A stretch of DNA of 44,030 nt from Octopus bimaculoides. Lineage: Eukaryota. The translations under genes were made by a program, and so were the position numbers. This document shows positions 12,416 through 24,822 of this stretch, in pieces. The notes beneath the pieces were generated by a model. The model had not been told where the DNA came from, made no database searches, and saw nothing but the letters and a program-made list of their open reading frames with translations. The stretch lies in assembly GCF_001194135.2 (NCBI RefSeq), contig NC_068985.1, forward strand, positions 79,871,807 to 79,915,836, in the 5' to 3' direction. Every line of letters begins with the position of its first letter. Within the stretch, counting starts at the first letter, position 1.

Positions 12416-13009
12416 TGTCCATTTTTCTGGAAGTTATGAGGAAACAAAGTCGGTGGGGACACATGTGTAGCATGCAAAGCAATGGCATATTGGTTTCAAA
12501 TTTTAGAACAAGGTCCGCAAGTTCGTGGGAGTACCATTCTGTAATTACTAAGCCACCCACTTAACGTACACAAATATATATAAACATACACGCACATGAC
12601 AATAGCAGCAACAACGTCAATATCCACATTAGCACCAAATACTGCTTGGATATAAACGATCAATGATAAACGCAGAGGTGCAATAACTGTCAGTAACTGA
12701 TTGCATGGTTCTACCACCAGATTCTAAGTGCATACAGAACAGGCAAGACACTGAAGAAAATGCAACACGTCCTCATCAATACGCTGTAGTTTCTCCATTA
12801 AACAAATAACAGCTGTTTATAACTGCAGTAGTGGTTTAAAATAATACCAACAATAAAACTGGTGGCGGTAAATAAACGTAGAAGTGTGTGAGATGTTCTG
12901 GCATAGCCGTTTTGACGCTGCTTATTTGGTGTTGCTGATTCGACGCCGACTTATTTGACATCAGACCTTTTTAATGTATCTTTCATTTTAATAGTTCTCT
13001 CGTTCGCTC

Positions 13010-13010
<1 letters not shown>

Positions 13011-13064
<54 letters not shown>

Positions 13065-13199
13065 GATATACATGTATGTGTTCATATATGTGAGCATAAT
13101 TTTCTTTTGTGAGTGCATAAGATGGAAATTCTGTATGTCTGTCACGTTCAGCTAATAAATTGCAATATGTCTTTCTCACTCTCTCTCTCTCTCTATCTA

Positions 13200-13233
<34 letters not shown>

Positions 13234-13350
13234 TCTCTCTCTCTCTCTCTCTCGCTTTCTCTTTCTTCCCCACCAACTCTCTCTCTCTCTAATACATATG
13301 TGTACATTTATGCTCGGTCATGTGTATGTGTGTGTGTGTGTGTTTGTGTG
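13011..13350. repeat. (TG)n, (CT)n and (CA)n microsatellite cluster
   Basis: Read directly from the sequence. Confidence 0.9.
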
Positions 13351-15042
13351 TTTACCTCCAGCGCAAAAAGTACTGTCGCCAAAAAAAAGAGATTCGAAAT
13401 TCATTCAACCGTGCCATCACGCCAGCGCCCAAACAACCGCACCCAACTGTTTCATTCCAGAAGCAGAAGAGAAGCGACAATATCATTCGAAATCTGATTT
13501 AACTTGGGTTGTAAATAGTTACTACAAAGTTTCATGAACCATGGCTATAAATAACCTCCGATAACAACTATGTTGTTGCATAAAGCATAAGAATGAATGA
13601 ATGGATTTTGTATACTAATATATAATAAACTTTTTTACTAAAATCTATATTATTCTTTTACGGTCAACTTATATAACATTTTTATTATGGAACAAAATCG
13701 AAGACGTAACCTATTATAATCTATTATTACTACATACTATTTGAAATTATTTGTTAGACATTTGGCTGATATATTATGGAACGAAATCGAAGAACTAATC
13801 TATTATAAACACAATATTTATATTGCTTTTGTTTTCTGTTACAGAACTGGCTGGCAAATAAATATTTTTAATTAAGCATGAGATATACATGTGTGAGTGT
13901 AATTGTGTGTGTATCTGTGTGTGTGTTCGTGTGTGTCTGTGTGTGTGTGTTTGTGTGTGTGTGTTTACATACATACGTATGTGTATAATATATTATACAT
14001 ATATACATTTTTATATAATGTATATTATATATATACATATACGTATATACGTATATATATATATATATATATATATATNNNNNNNNNNNNNNNNNNNNNN
14101 NNNNNNNNNNNNNNNNNNNNNNNNNNNNNNNNNNNNNNNNNNNNNNNNNNNNNNNNNNNNNNNNNNNNNNNNNNNNNNNNNNNNNNNNNNNNNNNNNNNN
14201 NNNNNNNNNNNNNNNNNNNNNNNNNNNNNNNNNNNNNNNNNNNNNNNNNNNNNNNNNNNNNNNNNNNNNNNNNNNNNNNNNNNNNNNNNNNNNNNNNNNN
14301 NNNNNNNNNNNNNNNNNNNNNNNNNNNNNNNNNNNNNNNNNNNNNNNNNNNNNNNNNNNNNNNNNNNNNNNNNNNNNNNNNNNNNNNNNNNNNNNNNNNN
14401 NNNNNNNNNNNNNNNNNNNNNNNNNNNNNNNNNNNNNNNNNNNNNNNNNNNNNNNNNNNNNNNNNNNNNNNNNNNNNNNNNNNNNNNNNNNNNNNNNNNN
14501 NNNNNNNNNNNNNNNNNNNNNNNNNNNNNNNNNNNNNNNNNNNNNNNNNNNNNNNNNNNNNNNNNNNNNNNNNNNNNNNNNNNNNNNNNNNNNNNNNNNN
14601 NNNNNNNNNNNNNNNNNNNNNNNNNNNNNNNNNNNNNNNNNNNNNNNNNNNNNNNNNNNNNNNNNNNNNNNNNNNNNNNNNNNNNNNNNNNNNNNNNNNN
14701 NNNNNNNNNNNNNNNNNNNNNNNNNNNNNNNNNNNNNNNNNNNNNNNNNNNNNNNNNNNNNNNNNNNNNNNNNNNNNNNNNNNNNNNNNNNNNNNNNNNN
14801 NNNNNNNNNNNNNNNNNNNNNNNNNNNNNNNNNNNNNNNNNNNNNNNNNNNNNNNNNNNNNNNNNNNNNNNNNNNNNNNNNNNNNNNNNNNNNNNNNNNN
14901 NNNNNNNNNNNNNNNNNNNNNNNNNNNNNNNNNNNNNNNNNNNNNNNNNNNNNNNNNNNNNNNNNNNNNNNNNNNNNNNNNNNNNNNNNNNNNNNNNNNN
15001 NNNNNNNNNNNNNNNNNNNNNNNNNNNNNNNNNNNNNNNNNN

Positions 15043-15048
15043 TATGTG

Positions 15049-15079
<31 letters not shown>

Positions 15080-15292
15080 TTGTGTGTCTGTGTTTGTCCC
15101 CCCACCATCGCTTGACAACCGATGCTGGTGTGTTTACGTCCCCGTAACTTAGCGGTTCGGCAAAAAGAGACCGATAGAATAAGTACTAGGCTTACAAAGA
15201 ATAAGTCCTGGGGTCGATTTTCTCGACTAAAGGCGGTGCTCCAGCATGGCCGCAGTCAAATGACTGAAACAAGTAAAAGAAAAGATAAAAGA
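15043..15292 (+). mobile_element. SINE family A 3' half, little diverged
   Basis: ccccaccatcgcttgacaaccgatgctgg...ggcggtgctccagcatggccgcagtcaaatgactgaaacaagtaaaaga; matches 9721-9930 and the reverse complement of 34345-34545. Confidence 0.9.
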
Positions 15293-16139
15293 ATGCATTT
15301 ATATTTCATGTCATACAAAGAAAGATAACTTCAACAAGACTGGGCCAAGTCCCCAATTTGAGGACACCTTCCTCACTACCTCCACTGCCGTGGAGGCCCT
15401 GTAAAAGGGCCATGCCCACTGCCTTCTTTCTTAACTAAAAATAGAAAGAAAATTGTTTTAAAAGGAGCCATTAAACATTCGGCCCGAGCCCATAAGGAAA
15501 TGAAATGGGGCCTACACCCTGACTCTGGCTTATAACTATTGCTTTCATTGCACAGGTCTGGATATTATGAAGAAAATTTATCTCGTATCCACTGCCCAAA
15601 GCGACTGAAAACCATAGTTGAATACTCCCAGTCTTATGAGCCTAATAACAACAGCAGCAACAGTCGCTGTTAAAACAATAACATTAAAATTAAACTCCTT
15701 TTTACAGAATAAACAATCATTATCTTTACATTCAGTTACATACTACACCAAGATAACTGCAACAAACTAGCCTGCCCACTGACTCCGGATAAACACATTT
15801 CAGAAACAGCAACCTCAACCACCACCACCACCACCACCATCACCACCACCGCTGCTATAACCAACACCACTATAGCCACCACTGCTACCACCATCGCTGC
15901 CGCCGACTTTTCTCTCTTCCTATATCAGTGGTACACTTGGAAGTATTTAAGACATGCTTGTTATATTATCCATGACGCAACGCAATCATTTGGCACGCTG
16001 TTGTACAATTATGCAGTCTCTGAAACCATCTAATTGAAATGCTATTTGCTTTTAATCAAAGTCAACTCTATAATATTTTCACATCGAATATCATACATAT
16101 CATCGCTTCAGACAAATTTCAGCTGGCATCAACCCAGGT

Positions 16140-16400
16140 CACTACTAGCTTTATCTTCATTTTATTCTTTTATTCTTTTATTCTTATATTCTTGTATTCT
16201 TTTATTCTTACATTCTTATATTCTTTTATTTGTTTCAGTCATAGTACTGCGACCATGCCGGTGCACTGCTCTGAGGTGGTTAGTCCAGTACTTACATCTT
16301 CAAGTTGGTATTTTATTACTCTCCGTTTTGCCAAACCGCTAGATTGCGAAGACGCGTAAACCAACAAGCAAATATAAACACACACACACACACATCTATC
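16140..16400 (-). mobile_element. Diverged SINE family A 3' half with an expanded (TATTCTT)n tail
   Basis: ttttatttgtttcagtcatagtactgcgaccatgccggtgcactgc matches the family A tail. Confidence 0.7.
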
Positions 16401-17058
16401 TATCTATCTGTCTATCTGTTTATCTATCTATCTATCTATCTATCGATATATATATACATATATATTGGTCTTAACCACCAACTTAACACTACACACTGAA
16501 TCGTGGCAAGGTATGGAAGGTTTTCGGAGGACCGGAGAGATTATGTCTGGGTGGAGAATTATACGAGGTATAGTACTATACAGAATACCGAAAGGATCTT
16601 CACCTCTTACATTGTAAATTATACACATATTATATTATACACATATTATATTATACACATGTAAAGCTTGAAACACGTGTACCGCGGAATCCTTTGTAGT
16701 TTTGTTGTTATTTTTNNNNNNNNNNNNNNNNNNNNNNNNNNNNNNNNNNNNNNNNNNNNNNNNNNNNNNNNNNNNNNNNNNNNNNNNNNNNNNNNNNNNN
16801 NNNNNNNNNNNNNNNNNNNNNNNNNNNNNNNNNNNNNNNNNNNNNNNNNNNNNNNNNNNNNNNNNNNNNNNNNNNNNNNNNNNNNNNNNNNNNNNNNNNN
16901 NNNNNNNNNNNNNNNNNNNNNNNNNNNNNNNNNNNNATATATATATATATATATATAGTAGAAAAATAAAAAGAAAGTTCTTGGTACAGTTTTATATATT
17001 TGAAAAAATGATTACAGAGAGTGACTCTGGTATGAGTTTCAAGCTTCAAATAGCCGTT

Positions 17059-17118
17059 TTCGTATATTTGTACCCCAGTGTCACTTTGATGACATACGCT
17101 ACTCTCTCGCTTAATAAT
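17059..17118 (+). mobile_element. About 60-bp 3' terminal stub of an R4/Dong-like LINE with an AAT tail
   Basis: ttcgtatatttgtaccccagtgtcactttgatgacatacgctactctctcgcttaataat aligns to the 3' end of the next element (19560-19614). Confidence 0.7.
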
Positions 17119-19698
17119 AGGGCAAGGCAAGATCTAGGAAAAATTGAGCAATGGTTAAGAGAAAACTGGAAAAATGGGGAAAAGACCGACCGAGAAAAAT
17201 TAGAGAAGAAATATGAAATACGGAAGAACGGGTTTGATGCAGTAATAGAGCAGTTAAAAAAAGAGGATCATGGCTGAAAGTCAGGAGATTAGAAGGTTTG
17301 TGAATAGAAAGAAGCAGTTTGAGGAGAACAGATTGTTCAAAAATAACCCGAAGCAATTCTTCCGAACGTTAGAAGGAGACAATGGGGAAAATATTGCTCC
17401 TGATGCAAATCAAGCCAAGGAGTTCTGGAGTGGATTATAGGGAAACAATGAGGTGCATAAAAGGGATACAATGTGAATAGGAACTATCAAGACAGAATTA
17501 CAAGGAGGAAAGAAACAAAGGAATATTGTCATAAGCATGGGTGATGTGAAAGAACAAGTGGATAAAGTGCCTAACTGGAAAGCCTCCGGACTAGAAGGGA
17601 TTCATGGCTTCTGGCTGAAGAGATGCCATGCGATGCATGAAAGACTAGCAGCCCAATTGAATGGGTGTGTCCAGAAAGGTACAGTCCCTGCGGTGATGGT
17701 GACTGGGAGGATAACACTTGTAATGAAGGATAGAAGAATGGGGAATATTGTGGGAAACTACCGTCCCATAGCATGCCTAAACATAATCTGGAAGATACTC
17801 ACTGGAATATGTGCGGCAAAGACATACACTTTCCTGGCACAGGAAGAATTACTACCAAAGGAACAAAAAGGATGTAGGAAGAGTTGAGTTCCCAGGGTAC
17901 CAAGGATTACCTGGTCATCGATAAAACAGTTTTGCGGCATTGTAAAAAGCATCATACAAACATGTCTGTTGCTTGGAACGACTTTAAGAAGGCATATGAT
18001 ATGATGCCTTATTCTTGGATCGTTGAACTCCTGCAGATGTTTGGTGTTGCTGACAACATCACAAATTCTGTGGCGCGTAGCATGAAAGAGTGGAAAAGCA
18101 AATTGTACTCAAGTAATGTATTCCTTGGAGAAGTTAATATTAAAAGGTGAATCTTCCAAGGTGACTCATTTTCTCCGTTACTTTTTGTAATTGCACTAAT
18201 ACCCATAACAATGACACTTTAGGAAAGTTAAGATGGTTTACCGATGTGGAAAGAAAGGCCCATCTTTGAACTATCTTCTGTTTATGGATGACCTGAAATT
18301 GTTTGAGAAATCTGAAAAACAGCTAGATTCCTTAACCAAAACAGTCCAGAAGTCTGGTAGGGACATCGGTATGGAATTTGGGATTACCAAATGCTCAGTA
18401 CTTAATATCAAAAGAAGGAAGAAAGCAGCCTGCAGAGGACTGCGGTTGCCATCAGGAGAGACCATGGGTGAACTCGATGGTAGTGGGTATAGATATTTAT
18501 TGATTTTGGAGCTGGATGACATTCTACACAGAGAAATGAAAGTCAAGGTCAGCGAGGCGTATCAAAAAAAGAGTGAAGATGGTGTTGAAATCCAACCTGA
18601 ATGCCAAAACTTTGATTACCGCAATGAATATCTGGGCAGTTGCGGTGGTCAGACATAGTGCATCCATCCTCAAATGGACTAAGGAGGAAATATCAACACT
18701 GGATTGAAGGACGAGAAAGCTGATGACGCTGCATGGGGCGCTACACCCTAAAGCAAACGTAAACAGACTGTATATGAAAAGAATGAATGGTGGCAGAGGA
18801 CTAATTAGTTTAGACCATTGTATAAGGAGTGAAAGGAGAACGCTTGCCGAGTATTTGATAAATAGTGATGAAGACCTGCTGCAATATGACGCGAAAGATA
18901 TGGATGTAAATGCAGATGAAATGATGGGCAAGGAAGAGTTTAACCAAATAGCTGAGGAGAAGAGAAAAGAAGACTTTCTTGAAATGAGAATGCATGGACA
19001 ATTTGAAAGGAATACACAAGACATTAATGGTAATGCAGCATTGTGGACATGGCTGGAGCGAGGTGATTTGAAGCGTACCACCGAAAGCCTGATCATTGCT
19101 GCAAAAGACCAGGCTTTCGCTAGTGGTGATCGGAGCGTTGGGCTCAATCCCATTGAAATTTCAAAACTTCTTAAGGCAACTGGAAATCCCATGCAAGATT
19201 GATGTCTTGTAAAAAGCAGCTTTATTGGGCACAGTGCACATCTTAAGGAAAGTATTATCTGTCTGAAGTCCTTGTTGTGACTTGACAGTTGACCATGTGT
19301 TAAGAGGAACCCTTTAGGGTTTGAATAATTCAACTCTGGAAATATGTTTGTTTCGTTCAACATCCTTAAACAAACTTTATTCGGGGACCTTTTGAGTGGG
19401 ATGGGCAACTCGACCTGAATAAAATTCTAACTGGGCCCCACCTTCAAGGTCATGTACAGTTTATCTTGATATGAGATTACCATGTTGCGTACATACGGTT
19501 GTGATGCATGTGCCTGGTGAAACCTTGTCAGTTGGGTGATCATAATGGATATATTGGGCTTCGTATATTTGTACCCAACGTCACTTTGATAGCATGCATT
19601 GTTCTCTCACTCAAGAAGAAGAAGAAGAAGAAGAAGAAGAAGAAGAAGAAGAAGAAGAAGAAGAAGAAGAAGAAGAAGAAGAAGAAGAAGAAGAAGAA
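17119..19698 (+). mobile_element. 5'-truncated, degenerate R4/Dong-clade non-LTR retrotransposon (copy A)
   Basis: RT motifs PNWKASGLEGIHGFWLK, NYRPIACLNIIWK, EQKGCRK, DFKKAYD, IFQGDSFSPLLF and LFMDDLKLF. C-terminus VIGALGSIP..KAALLGTVHILRKVL, then a 3' UTR and an (AAG)n tail at 19613-19698. Many stops and frameshifts. Confidence 0.88.
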
Positions 19699-22322
19699 AT
19701 TAAGACAGATAACATGACCAGAACGAACATATTGAAAAAAGCTTAGATCATCTATTTGGGAATAAAGGTAGGTCTTGTACCAAACTTTAAAAGAGGACAT
19801 GCACCGAAAGAGTTTGAGTGAAAATGAAGGATAAATCAATCAATGAACGAACTACGAAAGCATATCAACATCCTGGGAGGAAAGAAAAAGGTGAAATCAA
19901 GAATGAGAAATATCAGGTACTAGAATGTAGGTATACGACGAAGAAATAGGATGAAGATATAAGATGAAGAAAAGGATGAAGATAGGATAAAGAAAAATAT
20001 ATAGGATGAAGAAAAAGAGCTGAAACAAATACTGTAGGCTAAAGTAAAAATAACAAGAAGAAATATGACCAAAAAATGAACAATATAAAATCAATAGATC
20101 GTTCCAACAGAATCAGAAAAAGGCTTATCAGTAGCTGAATGGAAAAGTTAACAGCAATGAGAAACCTGATGCTGAAGAAAGAGGGAGCTTTTGCAGTAAC
20201 ATCAGGGATAACGGAAAGGACCATTAGAAAGATGCTGAATGGTTGAAGAATTTAACATCTGGGGAAAATGGAGTAAAAGAGAATGGTATAAGGATAACAA
20301 GTGAAATGGTGACCGAGCAGGCAACAAAGATTCCAAACTGGAAATGTCAAGCTCCGGATGTGGTGCAGATGTATAGGGTGAAAAATTCCCCAAAATAACA
20401 CTAAAGAATAGCTGTGCAAATGATCGACAACGGAATGGAAATTTCGAAATGGATGACATCGGGGTAAACGGTTCTTTGCTAAAAGTCCCTGGTAAAAGCA
20501 ATACAGTGGGTAATTACAGCCAATTTCTTACCCAACCCTGATGCGGACACTGGAAGTTGGTGACAGAAATAATATCTAATTGTGTGTATGACTTCCTTGA
20601 AATGAATTACAAGTTTCCAATGGAACAGAAGGGATACAAGAGGAAAACCCGAGGGACAAAAGACCAACTTTTGATAGTAAAAATGGTGCTGAAGAAAAGA
20701 CTAACTAATCTGGGTATGATGTGGATCGATTATAAGAAAGCTTATGATATGATCCCCCATCCTTGGAGTTTATAAAGTCAGACAGATATTATGGAAAGTG
20801 ACATCAGGGTACACTTTAAAAATTAGAGAAAAGGTGAATCACCTCTTGTATATGGATGAGTTAAAGATTTTCTGTAAGAGTGAGCGTGAAAAAAATGGTT
20901 TAGTTTCAACAGTGCAGATATTCAGTAACGACATCGGGATGGAGTGTGGTGTGCTTATCCTAAAAAAGGGGAAAGTAACGTCATTTGATGGTGTGGAACT
21001 TCCCAACGATGAGAGAATTAAGGATGTTGATGTGAATGGATACAAATATCTGGGTGCTTTGGAGTACGACAAAATCAAGGAGAGTGAAATGAAGGAAACC
21101 TTTAAGCAAGAATACCTCAGGAGAACCAAGTTAGTTATGAAGGGAAAACTCAGTAAACAGAACAAGATCAGAGCAATGAATACATGGACTGCTTCTCTAA
21201 TGCGATATGGCGCATGTATTGTTAGATGGGCAAAGAACAAGCTTGAGGAAATGGATACAAAGACCAGGGAAATGATAAGAAACAAGGAACTGCACTCTAA
21301 CAGCAATGTCAATAGGTTGCATGTGTCTAAAAACAAGGGAGAGAGATGCAAGAGTTGTGTTGTCCTTGAGGAAAACAGCCTGAGGTGGTACGCCAAACAG
21401 CAGATTGAACCTTTGGTTGTTGCTGTTCAAAACAGCAACACGATACCTAGTGGAAATGTGACACACCTAAACGAATTTAAGAAACAAGGTGGAGAACAAA
21501 GATTGAACAACTGGAAAGTGAAAGCGATGCATAGCCAATATCTTAGAGAAATGGAAGGGAAAGACGACCAACATCTGGAGGTGTCAAATGAAAAGTGATG
21601 CACTGAGACATTAATTTGCAGGGCTCAGGAACAAACTTTGTGAGCTAATTGCCCCAAGTTACAAATAGATAAGAGTTTTGAATCGCCCCTTTGTAAGATG
21701 TCTGACAAAAAATGAAACAGTCTCACATATTGTGAGTGTAGCAAATTCGCTACAAATTGGCTACAAAAGACGGTATGATAATGTATCTTGATATGTTCAA
21801 TGGAGATTGTGTGAGAAGTATGGTCTTGAAAGGACATTGAAATAGTACAAGCATAAGCCAGAAGGTGTCACCGAGAAAAATGAGTATAAGATCATGTGCG
21901 ATTTTACGATCCAGTGATTCAGTAATTATGCACGAAGAAAAGACATTGTTGTAGTTGATAAAATGATGAAGAAAACCAAGATCACAGATATTGCCATATG
22001 TGGGGGTATACGGGTGGATGATAAAGAACTGGAAAAGCTTGAGAATTATAAGTCACTTAAAGATGAGATTGCACGAATGTGGGCAGTGAAATTAGTAACT
22101 GCCATCCCAGTTGTTGTATTGGTACTAGGAGAATTAACAACCAGGCTTGAGAAATTTGTTGGGGAAATTGAGATTGACATGAGAGTAGAACTCGGATTTT
22201 GAGACTGGTACTTGAATGTTAAGTATCATAGAAGAACATGTTTTACAAAATTAGCCGGAACAAGTGAAATCGCGAGCTCTGGGAAGTGGAATATACAAAC
22301 TGTTGTAATAATAGTAATATAA
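19699..22322 (+). mobile_element. Second, distinct degenerate R4/Dong-clade non-LTR retrotransposon (copy B)
   Basis: IPNWKCQAPD, EQKGYKRKTRGTKDQLL, IDYKKAYDMIPH, VNHLLYMDELKIF and GYKYLG. Zinc-knuckle remnant (LCKM..ETVSHIVS) and restriction-like endonuclease remnant (RRKDIVVVDK..DIAI..KELEK). Ends in a taataatagtaatataa tail. Confidence 0.88.
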
Positions 22323-22719
22323 CAGATAGCATGTTAGAAGGGAGGAGTAGAACACTAAAAGGAGGAGGAATTGAATCTGAAAGGCACAATAGATCCTCAA
22401 GCATAAAAAAGTTTAAGGGCAGTCATATACAACAGCACTAACTAAAACAGAATATTTTATCTATTAAAATGATATGTAAAAAACATTAACCACTCAAATA
22501 TTTCAAGGGAGATGTAATGAAGAGAACAATTCTGTACCCACAAAATTAGTTAGGGTCAAATCCTCGGTGTTTAGAGAATCTGTCCAGAAACTGGTTGTAT
22601 TAACGACCAGACCACAGAAGTGCGACGAAACTGTTTGTCAGTTTCTAGTAAGCAATATTAATAATAAATCAAAGTGAACGAGACAGCTTTGTGTTCTTAA
22701 ACAGTAAAAATTACTCTAT

Positions 22720-23170
22720 ACATGTGTGTAAGTGTGTGTGTATGTGTGTGTGTCTGTGTGTGTGTCTGTGTGTCTGTGTGTGTGTCTGTCTGTCTGTGTG
22801 TGTCTGTGTGCTTAGTTCTGTCTTTTGATGGAAGACATGTTTTGTCTGATTCAATTCAGATCTACAATCCTTGAGGCTCTAAATGTAGCTTTAGATACCG
22901 ATTCTCTCATTTTTTTTTTTTTGTTACTAGTAAATTCTAACCTTTTAAAAGATTAAGACGTGATAGTATTTCATGATAATTTATAAAGTGGTGCTTTGCT
23001 GTTATCGAATACTTACAGACGCATACCTACCTACATACATACATACATACATACATACATACATACATACATACATACATGCATACGTACGTACGTATGT
23101 ATGTATATGTGTGTATATATATGTGTGTGCATGTATATATACGCACTTCTTTGTGTGTGTATATGTGTAA
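22720..23170. repeat. (TG)n/(TGTC)n and (TACA)n microsatellites
   Basis: Read directly; two clusters separated by unique sequence. Confidence 0.85.
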
Positions 23171-23577
23171 ATGATTAGGTTTTATGTACTAAGTACGAAT
23201 GACACTAAAAATAAGATAACTCTATACTGTAATTAAAATAAATATTTAACTGATGTACCTAAAAGTACAAACCGCTCGTAGTTGCTGGCGGTTTCTTATG
23301 CCGATTCTTCAGACTGCGATAAAAATTGGAGTAATACTGTATTTACACGTTTTCCTCTGGATGTAGGTGATTGTGAATAAAGTGAAACGCTTTGGTGGAA
23401 GGTTTCTTTGATTAAATTGAAAAGTGGTGAGTCATTTCTTTGTTGGAATTGCGCACGGCTTTGACACTAACGATTAGCTATGCGATTTGATTGGTTAAAA
23501 AAAAGACATGTGTCATTTGTTTGTTGTCGAAAGGTGTTTCGACCTGGTCTTGAGAAGCAAGGTGTCTTTATCGTGCA

Positions 23578-23760
23578 TCTTTTATTTGTTTCAGTGATTG
23601 GACTATGACCATGCTGGAGCACCACCTTGAAGGGTTTTAGCAGAACGAATCGACCCCAGGACTACCGATTTTTTTTCTTTTTGCTGAACCGCTAATTTAC
23701 GAGGATGTAAACAACCCAATACTTGTTTAAAGCGGTGGTGGGCGGACAGACAAACAATGT
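23578..23760 (-). mobile_element. SINE family A 3' half (diverged)
   Basis: ttttatttgtttcagtgattggactatgaccatgctggagcaccacc...atcgaccccagga...gctgaaccgctaa. Confidence 0.75.
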
Positions 23761-24207
23761 GACACAACCCAATTAATTTTCGGCGATGAGAAAGTGAGAA
23801 CTGTAACTGATGTTTCATACGTCTGCCATCAAGGGCACTATTAGTAAAAGTGGGATCGAACCTGTATTGCAAGTACGTTTCCCCAGAAATTTACTACCTG
23901 TTATACGATACGCTCAGTCTATCTAAGGTCCGAAAGTCGATTGAGGTTGTTTATCATTTTTTTTTTTCAATCTACGGAGAAATGGCTAAATTAAACTTGT
24001 TTATTTATCTGCTATGTAGGTTACATATATTATATCATAGCTTAATACTATATGGACTGAGATCTCCGTTGACCGTCCCTTGATATTAAATAAAACGGTA
24101 ACACTTACAGTATGCAAATTAGTAGCTCCAGCTACCGTAATTATTGAGTATATAAACAGATTGGCTGCTAGATTGATGTACACGCCTCAAATAAGATTCG
24201 AAAATCG

Positions 24208-24822
24208 GGATCTTTTTTAAAACGGGGGCCACATTTTTCATTAACGAAACACTTTGAAACTTGGAACACTGGTAGAATGTGTCATATAAAACATCTTTTT
24301 CTCTTAGTCTTCTTAAAAAAAAAAAGAAATCCCTAAGTTATTCCATGTTAAAGTTGTCGTATTTCTGTAACTTCAACCAATCACTGACGTCCATTCAGCC
24401 GATATACATTAAGTGCCGACTACATAAACAAACGATTCTGAAACAATTCTATCGGTGATAGGGTTAGGGTTAGGGTTAGAGTTAGGGTTAGGGTAAAACA
24501 GCAAATTTAAAAAGAAAAAAGCAAATAAAACAAAAAAAAAAAGAAAATGAAAAAAGCAAATTTAAAATGAAAAAAGCAAATAAAACGAAGCTATGGCTTA
24601 ATCAGCCAAAGGAGTAAATGTAAACAACTGAATACTTGTCAGTGATTGGTTGAAATTATCGAAATAAGACAATTTTTTACATGAAATAAATTCGAATACA
24701 AAAATATTTTTCTGTTCTATAACACAAAATAGATAAGTATACGAAGTTTGAAAGTCTTTCGGTACCAAAAACACTACGTAAAACATTAATGAAAAATGTG
24801 GCCCCCGTTTTAAAAAAGATCC
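24208..24822. mobile_element. Non-autonomous MITE, Merlin-like (superfamily inferred)
   Basis: Perfect 37-bp TIR ggatcttttttaaaacgggggccacatttttcattaa (24208-24244 / 24786-24822) and 8-bp TSD gaaaatcg (24200-24207 / 24823-24830). GG termini with an 8-bp TSD fit Merlin. No ORF. Confidence 0.9.

Noticed and set aside
19508-19717. Poly-lysine ORF
   Set aside because: Translation of the (AAG)n retrotransposon tail.
24459-24494. TTAGGG repeats as a relic of chromosome fusion
   Set aside because: The tract is short and lies inside a TIR/TSD-bounded MITE, so it was carried in by the element.
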